Shown here one piece after another: positions 31,940 to 41,624 of a stretch of 64,000 bases of DNA (position 1 is the first letter of the stretch; each line of letters begins with the position of its first letter). The notes beneath the pieces were generated by a model. The model was not told the DNA's origin. It did not search any database and was given only the letters and a program-made list of their open reading frames with translations. Position numbers and translations under genes: made by a program. The stretch lies in IMG/VR virus record IMGVR_UViG_3300024274_000264. One strand, 5' to 3'. The DNA comes from a virus.

Positions 31940-33082
31940 ATGCCAATATTTCAAGAAATAGCAAATTCAGATTTTACTTCAGGTGCAGATGGTTTAGATA
32001 TGATAATTGATTTTATCGAATCTGACATATCTTCATCTAGCTCGCGACGAAAATACCAACATTATATTACTGGTGCTTTGAGTTCTAGCGGTGTCACCTC
32101 AAGTTTATATCAAACTGTTTACGATCAGGATTTTACTTTGCCAACAGCAAACGCAACATTTGACATTACTTTTGGATTATCTATTAGCTCGTCTTTAGTT
32201 ACAAGCTCAATTGTTTATACAGATAGTATAACTGGACAATTATATTTCCCTTCTCAATCTCTAATGATGAGAGAAAAGGTCGGACTTTATCGAGAAATGG
32301 CACAAAAATTATTGGGAGATGCAGATTCAGAATTTAGTGTTGTTAGCGGAGCCTCAACGATTTCGATAAGAGAACCTTTATTTATTACCTTTAAACGTCT
32401 TTTTCATAGAGATAGATTTAAACGCGAAACATTTGCAATTAAGTTTTTAACAGCTTCAAACTATATAAGTGGAGCTGCAACTGGAGAAAAAATTTATTCA
32501 GACGTTGGATCTTCAACAAACCAAGAATTTAGTTTTGGTGGAGCTTATTCGACAATTGTCGATAGCAGCAATACAAGTTATCCAGTGGGTTTACTTTATT
32601 TGGATAACGGAATTGCTGTCCTTGACACACAAAGAATTTTTGATGTTACACAATCAATAGCTGGAACAATAGATTCTGTTTCTCCATCTGGAACGGAAAG
32701 CTTCTCTGGGACATTTAATCAATTGATGGTTAGTGCATCAATCGATGATTTCGTTGATCACGTATCTTCTACAAGATTTGGTTCATCTTCTTATACGGCC
32801 ATTGCATTTCAAAATCAAACAATATTAAACACGTCTTTTATAACTGTTCAATTACCATATAGCAATTTCAACTATTCCTCCAATCCATCATATGTGGATT
32901 CAAACGGAAGAATTGTTGTAATCGAACAAGGGCAAGAAGATATACAAAAATCATTTGTTATGTTTACGTCTGTTGGTTTCTACGATGCTAATAATAATTT
33001 ATTAGCAATTGGAAAAGTGAACAGACCAGTTTACAAAGATGCAAACCGCAGTATGCAACTAACTGCAAGAATCGATTATTAA
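31940..33082 (+). CDS. Baseplate/tail structural protein
   Basis: FNYSSNPSY and C-terminal TSVGFYDANNNLLAIGKVNRPVYK...IDY. Confidence 0.7.
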   Translation: MPIFQEIANSDFTSGADGLDMIIDFIESDISSSSSRRKYQHYITGALSSSGVTSSLYQTVYDQDFTLPTANATFDITFGLSISSSLVTSSIVYTDSITGQLYFPSQSLMMREKVGLYREMAQKLLGDADSEFSVVSGASTISIREPLFITFKRLFHRDRFKRETFAIKFLTASNYISGAATGEKIYSDVGSSTNQEFSFGGAYSTIVDSSNTSYPVGLLYLDNGIAVLDTQRIFDVTQSIAGTIDSVSPSGTESFSGTFNQLMVSASIDDFVDHVSSTRFGSSSYTAIAFQNQTILNTSFITVQLPYSNFNYSSNPSYVDSNGRIVVIEQGQEDIQKSFVMFTSVGFYDANNNLLAIGKVNRPVYKDANRSMQLTARIDY

Positions 33083-33115
33083 TTCTAATCTTTATGTTAA
33101 TTAAAGACACGCAAT

Positions 33116-35449
33116 ATGAGCTTTTCGAAAATTAACAAAGAAGATATTTCTACAATTGAGACTATTTTAAATCCAAATATTTCTTACAATTCCTCTTCGG
33201 TTCAAGGAATAACAGGATCAAAATATGTTTTCAAACAAAGAAGTCAAAGTGAAAAAGTAAATTTGAGTCGCTCACTTGAATTTAACACTTCCGTAAACTC
33301 TTTGAATGAAGTGCTTACTTTAGCCAAACGTTCGACAAGTTTAAATAAAAATTCTTATTTAAGTTCTTATTTGGAACACGTTCACGAACTTCCACAAAAT
33401 CAAAGATATCAACAGAAAATTGAAATTTTGACATACACTCCACATTTTGGAGATGGTATTGAATATAACAAAAAACAGATGATTAAAAATTCTCTGTATA
33501 ATTGTTTTTACAAACCCGAATATCCAGCTGCTCACTTTGCTTATACGAATTATAGCACGCTAAATTTCTTTTCTTCCTCAAATTTCAACACATCATCAGT
33601 TATAATTTATCCAAATTCGCTTACTTTGTCTAGTTCAATTATTTTATCATCTTCTTATTTACCAACTGGATCATTTAGCTATAATTTTTGGATCAATCCT
33701 CGGTATGCCTTTGAGTCACCAGGAACTATTTTACATTTTTCAGGGGCAATTGCAGTTTCATTGGCGACGGGTTCCAGCAAAGATATCAATGGAAATTCTG
33801 ACAAATTTAGAATTATTTTACAATTGGAGAGAGCCTCGACCGAAAATCCTAATCAGGTTGTTGAAAACGGAAGCACTTGTGTCTTTTCTTCAGATAACTC
33901 TTTAACAAAAGACACTTGGCACAACATCACAATTCGCTGGGGAACTTCAGATTATAATTTAGGAAGTGGGTCTATTATTATAGACAACACAGAAGACAAA
34001 ACTTTTATCATCCCTTCTGCTAGTTTAAACTACTTTATTTCTGCCAGCCAAGATGGACCAAACTGTTTATTTGTTGGAAATTATTTTATTGGAACAAACA
34101 CTGGGTCGAATGGGTCTTCTCGTTTTTTTGGCGAAGATATAGGAATTCAAGAAGGTTTAGATGTTTTAAATGGAGATACAGGATTTACCGAACCAGCAAC
34201 GTACTCTTTTAGGTTTCCGCTAAATGCAGAAATTCATGACATTAAAATTTATAATAAATATTTGACATTAGCCGAAATAGCAAATTTACGACAATACGGA
34301 CCCAGTATATCTTCTTCAAATCTTTTGTTTTATGTTCCGCCTTTTTTTACAGAAGAAAGTCCTTATAGAACTAAAGATGGATTCAATGGCGGTATAATAA
34401 ACACTCCCTTTTATAATAAATCTGGAACAACTTCTTCGCCGTTTAGCGCAGAGCTGGCATTTGAAGTTGGTGGCCATTTGATAAATTTGGAAAATCACAC
34501 AAGAGAATTTATACTCGGAAAATATCCGCGTTTATTTGGGCTAACTCCTAAAATATTACAAATAACTTTAAGTGCTTCAACGGCAAACGACTTGCTTTAC
34601 TTATCTGAATCTTCTTTGAAAAGAAATTTAACAATATTGCCAAACGACAATGGAAATTTTGTTCCAAATTTTGAGTGGTTGAACTCGCTCTCCTCTTCTT
34701 TTTTTAGAAATGATTTGGTAAAAGATTTAAGTAGTGTGAATTTGTCACAGATAATTTCTTCATCTTGGATTTCGTCGATACAGTATAATTCGTCAACTTC
34801 TTCTATCGGTTATAATATCGTTGGCCCAGATCCAATGATTAGTAGCTCTTTAAATGAATTTCCACTAGCAGTTCCATCCATTTTGCAAAAAACAAGAGAT
34901 GAGTCTTCAAATAATTTAAGAATTTTTGAAATTTCTAATTTATTTTATGGAACAAGAATAGAACCAGGAACCTTTTCTATTACAGATAGTGCTATTTCTG
35001 GCTCTGATTCGAAAGTTTCTATTATCTTAAAAGATGATGGAAGAGGTAATTTATATCGTTCAAACACAGAAGATCAAAATACAGCGACATGGAATTCTGT
35101 CGGCAATGTTTTTTATAACGAAGGAATAGTTGTTATAAAAAATCCTTCTCTATTTTGGTTTGGAAGTAATCAATATAAAATTGTCTTTAAAGGCAACTCC
35201 AGGCTGTACACAACGACTATTGATTGCTATGCTCGTTCACTCGAACAAACTGCATCTTCAAATTCGTCGTGGTTAGATTCACTCAAATCTACGCAAAATC
35301 AGAATGAGCAAGATACCCAATATACACATATTGGAGAAGTTCTTTTACACGATGAAAATCTTAATGTTGTCGCAAGAGCATCGCTTGCACAACCTGTAAT
35401 GAAAAAAACTGGAGATTCTATTTTGTTTAAACTTCCTTTAAGCTTTTAA
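33116..35449 (+). CDS. LamG-domain baseplate/tail structural protein
   Basis: FSYNFWINP, TWHNITIRW, AEIHDIKIYNKYL, DDGRGNLY, VGNVFYNEG. The C-terminus IGEVLLHDENLNVVARASLAQPVMK is paralogous to that of 31940. Confidence 0.75.
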   Translation: MSFSKINKEDISTIETILNPNISYNSSSVQGITGSKYVFKQRSQSEKVNLSRSLEFNTSVNSLNEVLTLAKRSTSLNKNSYLSSYLEHVHELPQNQRYQQKIEILTYTPHFGDGIEYNKKQMIKNSLYNCFYKPEYPAAHFAYTNYSTLNFFSSSNFNTSSVIIYPNSLTLSSSIILSSSYLPTGSFSYNFWINPRYAFESPGTILHFSGAIAVSLATGSSKDINGNSDKFRIILQLERASTENPNQVVENGSTCVFSSDNSLTKDTWHNITIRWGTSDYNLGSGSIIIDNTEDKTFIIPSASLNYFISASQDGPNCLFVGNYFIGTNTGSNGSSRFFGEDIGIQEGLDVLNGDTGFTEPATYSFRFPLNAEIHDIKIYNKYLTLAEIANLRQYGPSISSSNLLFYVPPFFTEESPYRTKDGFNGGIINTPFYNKSGTTSSPFSAELAFEVGGHLINLENHTREFILGKYPRLFGLTPKILQITLSASTANDLLYLSESSLKRNLTILPNDNGNFVPNFEWLNSLSSSFFRNDLVKDLSSVNLSQIISSSWISSIQYNSSTSSIGYNIVGPDPMISSSLNEFPLAVPSILQKTRDESSNNLRIFEISNLFYGTRIEPGTFSITDSAISGSDSKVSIILKDDGRGNLYRSNTEDQNTATWNSVGNVFYNEGIVVIKNPSLFWFGSNQYKIVFKGNSRLYTTTIDCYARSLEQTASSNSSWLDSLKSTQNQNEQDTQYTHIGEVLLHDENLNVVARASLAQPVMKKTGDSILFKLPLSF

Positions 35450-35451
35450 TC

Positions 35452-35943
35452 ATGGAAATAAAAGTATATATAAAAGAAAAAGTCGCGGGCATTGTCTTAA
35501 AGCAAAATGATAAAATTATAGGAATGATACATTCCAAATACAACAAAGAGTTAGATTCTTTTGAAATTAAACGTGTAGCAACATCAGAAAAAGGTCTTGG
35601 TTCAGATTTATATTTTTTATTATCTGTTGCTTTAAATGGGAAATATATCGTACATGATACTTCCTTGATTTTTCCTAAAGCTTTAACAATTTGGAAAAAA
35701 TTAAAAACCTCGGATGAATGGGAACACCAAAAGTTTAATGGAGCAACTCGGTTCAGGGTCAGGAAGATTATACCAATTGGCATGGGTGAGACATACCTAT
35801 CATTTCTTGATATTGATTGGTTTAGATCTATTCTCTTTTTTAAAGAACTAATTATTAGTTCCATAGAGTCTATAGAAACTAACCTTTCCCTCCCAGACCC
35901 TCTTAGTGTAGTGACCACAAAGAAAGCGACAAGCAAAAAGTAA
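35452..35943 (+). CDS. GNAT-fold-like protein
   Basis: IIGMIH...FEIKRVATSEKGLGSDLY (motif-A-like GxG) ...ALTIWKKL. The last ~65 codons use atypical codons. Confidence 0.5.
   Translation: MEIKVYIKEKVAGIVLKQNDKIIGMIHSKYNKELDSFEIKRVATSEKGLGSDLYFLLSVALNGKYIVHDTSLIFPKALTIWKKLKTSDEWEHQKFNGATRFRVRKIIPIGMGETYLSFLDIDWFRSILFFKELIISSIESIETNLSLPDPLSVVTTKKATSKK
35755..35901 (-). ncRNA. Candidate structured antisense RNA or origin-associated element
   Basis: Terminal stem AGGGUCUGGGAG / CUUCCUGACCCU (11 of 12 pairs) encloses several hairpins whose mismatches become G-U only on the minus strand. A sigma70-like promoter lies immediately upstream. Confidence 0.45.
35905..35932 (-). promoter_or_regulatory. 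Putative sigma70-type promoter TTGTCG-N16-TACACT
   Basis: Reverse complement of 35927-35932 and 35905-35910. Predicted +1 near 35898-35900, at the start of the stem. Confidence 0.4.
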
Positions 35944-35965
35944 TTATTACTTGACAAGAACTGCT

Positions 35966-36502
35966 ATGGCAACTAAGAAAAAATGGTACTATCAAGGAAA
36001 AGTAAAAATATCCAAGTGCGAATGCGAGATAAATTACAGAAGTGGGTGGGAGCGAGATGTTGCATTGATGTTTGACCAAGATGAAGAAATAATAAAAGTT
36101 GAATATGAAACACTTCGCATTCCTTATATTTCAAATAAAAAGCGTAAAAGACCTAAGATTTATTTACCAGATTTTTATATTTTTTTTAAAAATGGAAATA
36201 AAAAAATTGTTGAAATAAAAAGAGATGATCGAGTTAAAACAAAAATTGTTGAAATAAAAGCTTTGGCTGCAAAAAAATATATAGAAAATAATTTACCAGA
36301 TACGGTTTATGAAATATGGACAAAAAAAGAAATAGATGGGTATCGAGCGAAACTTGGAGTAGTCCCTCAGAAAAAAAGTCAATTTAAAAAAGCTACAGCT
36401 GCCCATAAAAAAAAGAAAAAAACAAAGACTAACAAACCCGCTCAACCAAGACAAGAATTTCTTTTAGAAATGTATAAAAAATGTTCAACGAAAAAGAAGT
36501 AA
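35966..36502 (+). CDS. Head-completion nuclease (T4 gp4 / TnsA-like PD-(D/E)xK)
   Basis: YQGK...YRSGWE...YETLRIPY...YLPDF...IVEIK. ATG at 35966. Confidence 0.85.
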   Translation: MATKKKWYYQGKVKISKCECEINYRSGWERDVALMFDQDEEIIKVEYETLRIPYISNKKRKRPKIYLPDFYIFFKNGNKKIVEIKRDDRVKTKIVEIKALAAKKYIENNLPDTVYEIWTKKEIDGYRAKLGVVPQKKSQFKKATAAHKKKKKTKTNKPAQPRQEFLLEMYKKCSTKKK

Positions 36503-37071
36503 TCGTAGGTTTAGATATTTCATCAAGTGTTATTGGTGTTTCATTTTTTGATTTAAAAATGGAATTAATTAATTTAATAGCAATAGAATTTAAACAAGAA
36601 AAACTTGATAGTTATCAAAATTTCTTTAATAAAATTTCTTTTTTTGAAAATGAAATTGGAAACGTTATTGATTTAAACAAATATAAAGTAGTAGAATATA
36701 GAATTGAAGCTAACGCAAAGGCTTTTTCTCCCAATGCGACAACCGCACACACTCTTTTTACTTTAGCAAAAATGAATGCTATGGTTTGTCTTTCAATGTG
36801 GAAAAAGTTTCCACAAGCTAAAATAAAAGAAATCCAAGTTTCTTCGGCAAGAAAAAATATAGGATTTAAACAAGACAAATCCAAAAAAACAAAAGTTAAA
36901 GAACAAGTTTTCGATTTTATAATTTCGAACAAAAAAGAAATTTTAAGTTATTTGCCAAAAAAAGTATTGAAATCTGGACAAAATAAAGGCAAAGAAGTAT
37001 ATAAAGAATGCGCAAAAGATATGGTTGATGCATATGTTATTGCGAAAGGGGCAGGAAATGGAAAAATCTAA
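36481..37071 (+). CDS. RuvC-like Holliday junction resolvase
   Basis: IVGLDISSSVIGVS, RIEA and DMVDAYVIA supply the acidic catalytic residues. Confidence 0.85.
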   Translation: MFNEKEVIVGLDISSSVIGVSFFDLKMELINLIAIEFKQEKLDSYQNFFNKISFFENEIGNVIDLNKYKVVEYRIEANAKAFSPNATTAHTLFTLAKMNAMVCLSMWKKFPQAKIKEIQVSSARKNIGFKQDKSKKTKVKEQVFDFIISNKKEILSYLPKKVLKSGQNKGKEVYKECAKDMVDAYVIAKGAGNGKI

Positions 37072-37315
37072 ATTAGAAAAATTTGCAATTACCTTTAGCA
37101 TACAACTGGAAAAAGGTATCGACGAGCTTTTAGCAGAATTATATCATGAAGAGAAATATGATGGTTATGCTGAAATTTCTTGGAATGCTATTACAAATAA
37201 AAAAGAAACAACGCTTAAAATTAATCTAAAAAAAATGGATTTTGTCCCAACTAATAAAAAAGCAAATTGTTTTTACTACCATATTGCGCAGAACAAGGGT
37301 GTGAAAAAACTCTAG
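37058..37315 (+). CDS. Hypothetical protein
   Basis: 85-aa ORF from the ATG at 37058 (AGGA just upstream) fills the gap before primase. Confidence 0.6.
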   Translation: MEKSKLEKFAITFSIQLEKGIDELLAELYHEEKYDGYAEISWNAITNKKETTLKINLKKMDFVPTNKKANCFYYHIAQNKGVKKL

Positions 37316-37359
37316 ACCAGCATTGAACATAAGTAATTCTGGTGCTATTGATGTTAGTC

Positions 37360-38433
37360 ATGCCACCAAATCCTGAGATATTCGAATTTATTGAGTCTTG
37401 TTTTGGAGAATACCAAGTATCAAATGCGGGTTTGAATATTAGTGTCATATGTCCTATTTGTAGAGAAAAAAAAGGTTTTTCTTACGATAAGAAAAAATTA
37501 GTTATAAGAACAACAGATTTCGCTTTGCATTGCTGGGTATGCGGATACAAAAGTCGTTCTTTGTATTGGTTGCTTTACAAATATAAAAAATCTTTTCTTG
37601 GAGAATATGTCGAAAAGTTTCAAACCAAAAAAATAGATTTTAGTTCATTTTCTGGATCTTCTTTTGTTGACAAGATTGAATCTTTTATTTTAGGAAAATC
37701 TTCGGTAAAAGAAGAGAATGTTTTTGTTATGCCTAAAAACATTTCTTTGCTTTTAAAACTACCAGAACAAAAAAAGTATCACCATCTTTATAGAAAAGCA
37801 AAAAAATATCTTTTTGAAGATAGAAAACTTACCGAACAACAAGTATGGGACAATAATCTTTCGATCTGTTATAGTTTTTCAGATAAGAAAGAAAAATTTT
37901 ATTTAGAAAACAGAATTATATTTCCTTCGGTAAATGAAAATCTTGAATTTGATTTTTACACAGCACGGCTTTATAGCGAAATTGTGGGAAGATCAAAATA
38001 TGTAAACTCTTCAATCGCAAAAGAAATTATTTTTAATGTCGGATTTATTGATTCTTCGTTCAAAGAGATAACTTTAGTTGAAGGTCCATTTGACTATGTA
38101 TGTAGTCCATATAAAAACACAATTCCAATCTTAGGCTCAAGTTTTGAAAAAACATCAAAACTATTCGAGTGGCTATTTAAATTTAAACCAGATATTATTC
38201 GTATTTCATTAGATAAAAATGAAGTTAAAAAACGAGAAACTATAGCACAAAACTTAAGTGTATTGCGCGATTTTGGCACAAAGATTATAGTATCTAACAT
38301 CACTCACCAAACAGCAAAAGATTTTGCCGAACTTCAAGAATTTGGATATTTGAAAAATAAGATAGATTTTGTAGAAGAGTGGGTCTGGCATCCGAAAACA
38401 AAAAAAGAAAGAATTCTAGAAAAACTAATATGA
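37360..38433 (+). CDS. DNA primase (Zn-finger plus TOPRIM)
   Basis: CPIC...HCWVCG zinc ribbon, NRIIFP...FYTAR...KYVNS, TLVEGPFD, ISLD. Confidence 0.88.
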   Translation: MPPNPEIFEFIESCFGEYQVSNAGLNISVICPICREKKGFSYDKKKLVIRTTDFALHCWVCGYKSRSLYWLLYKYKKSFLGEYVEKFQTKKIDFSSFSGSSFVDKIESFILGKSSVKEENVFVMPKNISLLLKLPEQKKYHHLYRKAKKYLFEDRKLTEQQVWDNNLSICYSFSDKKEKFYLENRIIFPSVNENLEFDFYTARLYSEIVGRSKYVNSSIAKEIIFNVGFIDSSFKEITLVEGPFDYVCSPYKNTIPILGSSFEKTSKLFEWLFKFKPDIIRISLDKNEVKKRETIAQNLSVLRDFGTKIIVSNITHQTAKDFAELQEFGYLKNKIDFVEEWVWHPKTKKERILEKLI

Positions 38434-41400
38434 AAATAGCACATTTGGCCGATATACACATACAAGGAAAAGAGAGAATAGTTGAAAATAAAATAATAGT
38501 TGACAATTTTCTAAGAAAATTAGTAGATCAAGAAGTCGATTGTGTTGTGGTTGCGGGAGACATTTTCCACACAAAAACAGAGAATATAACACCAGAATCT
38601 ATTTCTTTATTAGTCGATTTCTTCAACGGACTTGCAAACATAGCCGAAACTCACGTAATTTTGGGAAACCACGATGGCAATTTAAAAAACGAACAAAGAG
38701 AAGATGCAATTTCGCCGATTATCAAAGCTTTAAATCGAAATAATCTTTATCTTCATAAGAAATCAGAAAACTTTATAAAAAACAACATAAATTTTTTGTT
38801 TTATTCTTTATTCGATCAAGATGGCTGGAAGCCTTTGTCTGCTAAAATAAATGATAAATTGGTGAACATTGCTGTGTTTCACGGCTCTGTCGCTGGATGC
38901 GTTTACGAAAATGGTATTGTAGCCCTCGAAGCAGAGATTGAAACAGATTTCTTTAAATCTGTCGATTATGCGTTCCTTGGAGACATCCATAAACGACAAG
39001 ATCTGGATAAGAGCGGAAAGATTCACTACCCAGGTAGTCTATCGCAGTTAGATTTTGGCGAAAGTATTGAAAAAGGATTTACGGTTTGGGAAATAAATGA
39101 TTCAACAAATTTTAAGAAAACATTTGTAAAGGTTGCAAATCCATTTTTGTTTCTAACAGTTTCTTTCGAGGAAAATGTTGAAAAAACAAAATCTTTGATA
39201 TTAGACCAGGTTCAAAAATATAAAATTTCACATGGTTGGAAATTGCGAATAAAGAGCAATACAAGAATAACTGACACAGACAAACTTTCACTAAAAACAT
39301 TTGGCACAACTAAACTTGGTGCAAAATCTGTGGATATTGATGATTCGATTCTTCTCTCGGTTGATTCGGTTGATATTCAAGGTGAATCTATAACAAAAGA
39401 AGAGTTAAAAACCAATAAAGAAAAAATTAAAGAATTGTATTCAAAATTTATCGAAAGAAACAAGGAGAATTATAAATCTATCGATACGGAAAAGGCAAAA
39501 AAAATAATTGAAGAAAACTTAGAAAAACTTTCTGGTATCTCTGAACAAGTTCGCGATGCTATTATCAAACTTGAAACATATGAATTTGATAATATTCTTT
39601 CTTATGGAAAAGAAAACAAAGTAAATTTTAGTAAATTAAATGGTCTTGTAGGCATTCACGGGCGCAATAGAATAGGTAAATCTTCATTAATAGGTTCTAT
39701 AGCTCTAACATTATATAATGTCACAGATAGAGCTCCTGTGAAGTCTGCTTTTGTCGTAAACAATAAAGAAAAAGATGCTTCGATGAGAATGTTGTTTAAT
39801 GTTTCTGGGCAGCGTTATTTGCTTGAACGTAAAATAGAAAAGCAAATTCAAAAAACAAAGAATAAAAAACTTGAAGAAGAAGATAAGGCTTTGACTTCTT
39901 TGAAACTTTATAAATTAGACAGAAATGGTTCGCAATACGAGTTAAAAAACGAAAATTCAATCTCTAGGACAGACACAGAAAAAGTGTTAAGAAATATTAT
40001 AGGAACACCAGATGATTTTCTTTTTACTTCTCTTTCTGCTCAAGGTCAAATCAATTCATTCATTAATTCAGGAGCCACAACCAGAAAAGAATTACTTAAT
40101 AGATTTCTTGACTTAGACATATTCAAACATTTATATTCTTCCGTAAACGAAGAATATAATATTCTTAAAAAAGGAGAACTTAAAAATTACGATAAAGTAA
40201 AATTAGAAGATGAAGTATCTCAAAATAAAATACGTTTAGAAGAATTCTTAGCCGAAAAAGAGAAATGTGAAATTGATATTTTTTCTTTAGAAAAAGAAAT
40301 AGAAGAATTACCAGATGTAAAAGAATATACATTTCTTCATCAGACTTTAACTTCCGTTTCTAATTTGCTTGCTAAAAAAGAAAATGAATTAGAAATGGAA
40401 AAGAAAAATTTTGAAAATCTCGAAACTTTGCTTAAAACAAAAGAAGCACATCTGGAGAGAAAACTTGTAGAGTTTGAGGAAAAGAAAACAGATATTGAAT
40501 TAATATCAAAAGAATTATCTTCTCTAGAAGAAGACTACCAAAAAATAACATCAATTAAAACTAAATTAATAGCAATAAAAAAAGATTTAGATCTTTCTAA
40601 AAAAATAGTGAAAAAACTTGATGTTGTTCCTTGTGGAGATACATATCCAAGTTGTGTTTATATAAAAGATGCACACCAAGCAAAAATTGATCTTAAAAAC
40701 CTTGAAAATGAAATAATTTCATTAAATTTTAATGAAGAAGAAGCGAATTCTAAAATAGACCTATTCAATAGCTTATCAATTTTTTTAAAAGATGAAAATC
40801 AAAAATTAAATTTCCTAGAAAAGGAAATTCTAGGTTTCAAACAAAAAATTTCCGAAATTAAAATTCAAATTTCTGCTAAAACAGATAGGATTATTCCAAT
40901 GTTGGAAACAGATGTTTTAGAAATGTCTGAAAAGAAAAAAGAATACAAAGAGAAATGTGAGAAATTGTTTGTTTTATCTGGAATTGATGAAATAAAAACA
41001 GAAAAAGTCATCGCTAGAAAAAAATTATATCAGTTGCTAAATTCTATTTCAGTGGAAATTGGCAAACTAGAGAACAATATTGATACAATTGAATCTTCAA
41101 TAACTTTGAAAGAAGAGCTTGTTACAAGTGCAAAAATTCTAGAATCTATTCTGGATGCATTTTCAAAAAATGGAATTCCTGCGATGCTTCTTAATTCACA
41201 ACTTCCAGTGATAAACAAACTTATAAATGATTATCTAAGTGACGTTGCCGACTTTAAAATTAAATTTCAGACAGAAGTTGGCGTAAACACACTTGATATC
41301 TTTTTGCAAGATGATAAATCTACAAGGGTAATTGAATTAGCTTCTGGTATGGAAAAAATGATTTCTTCTTTGGCGATTAGAGCTGCTTTAATGGAACTAA

Positions 41401-41621
41401 CTCCATTGCCAAAATTAGATTCTTTGATTATTGACGAAGGCTTTGATGCTCTAGACCAAAATAATCTGGGAAATGTTGTTAAATTGCTTTTTAAACTTAA
41501 AGAAAAATTTAAAGCAGTTTTTGTAATAACTCATATTCAATCTCTAAAAGAATATATGGATCAAATAATTGAAATTTCGCAAAATGAAGAAACAAAACAA
41601 TCGAAAATTTCATATCATTAA
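38430..41621 (+). CDS. Fused Mre11/SbcD nuclease and Rad50/SbcC ATPase
   Basis: ADIH, AGDIFH, GNHD, FHG, LGDIH and YPGS (metallophosphoesterase). Then Walker A GRNRIGKSS, Q-loop, coiled coil, signature ASGMEK, Walker B IIDEGF and ITH. Start at the ATGA overlap, 38430. Confidence 0.92.
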   Translation: MKIAHLADIHIQGKERIVENKIIVDNFLRKLVDQEVDCVVVAGDIFHTKTENITPESISLLVDFFNGLANIAETHVILGNHDGNLKNEQREDAISPIIKALNRNNLYLHKKSENFIKNNINFLFYSLFDQDGWKPLSAKINDKLVNIAVFHGSVAGCVYENGIVALEAEIETDFFKSVDYAFLGDIHKRQDLDKSGKIHYPGSLSQLDFGESIEKGFTVWEINDSTNFKKTFVKVANPFLFLTVSFEENVEKTKSLILDQVQKYKISHGWKLRIKSNTRITDTDKLSLKTFGTTKLGAKSVDIDDSILLSVDSVDIQGESITKEELKTNKEKIKELYSKFIERNKENYKSIDTEKAKKIIEENLEKLSGISEQVRDAIIKLETYEFDNILSYGKENKVNFSKLNGLVGIHGRNRIGKSSLIGSIALTLYNVTDRAPVKSAFVVNNKEKDASMRMLFNVSGQRYLLERKIEKQIQKTKNKKLEEEDKALTSLKLYKLDRNGSQYELKNENSISRTDTEKVLRNIIGTPDDFLFTSLSAQGQINSFINSGATTRKELLNRFLDLDIFKHLYSSVNEEYNILKKGELKNYDKVKLEDEVSQNKIRLEEFLAEKEKCEIDIFSLEKEIEELPDVKEYTFLHQTLTSVSNLLAKKENELEMEKKNFENLETLLKTKEAHLERKLVEFEEKKTDIELISKELSSLEEDYQKITSIKTKLIAIKKDLDLSKKIVKKLDVVPCGDTYPSCVYIKDAHQAKIDLKNLENEIISLNFNEEEANSKIDLFNSLSIFLKDENQKLNFLEKEILGFKQKISEIKIQISAKTDRIIPMLETDVLEMSEKKKEYKEKCEKLFVLSGIDEIKTEKVIARKKLYQLLNSISVEIGKLENNIDTIESSITLKEELVTSAKILESILDAFSKNGIPAMLLNSQLPVINKLINDYLSDVADFKIKFQTEVGVNTLDIFLQDDKSTRVIELASGMEKMISSLAIRAALMELTPLPKLDSLIIDEGFDALDQNNLGNVVKLLFKLKEKFKAVFVITHIQSLKEYMDQIIEISQNEETKQSKISYH

Positions 41622-41624
41622 TAT

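Noticed and set aside
35427-35957. 176-aa antisense ORF covering the GNAT-like gene
   Set aside because: It lies in the antisense frame that shares third codon positions, where long shadows are common. TTG start and no recognisable motif. The RNA-structure explanation fits the region better.
36201-36260. Direct repeat AAAAATTGTTGAAATAAAA (KIVEIK twice), and AAGTTTTTCAACAAG twice near 16045-16074
   Set aside because: Two-copy, AT-rich, in-frame micro-duplications with no array structure.
37323-37351. Possible sigma70 promoter TTGAAC-N17-TATTGA before primase
   Set aside because: The -10 lacks the conserved final T, so it is too weak to call in AT-rich DNA.
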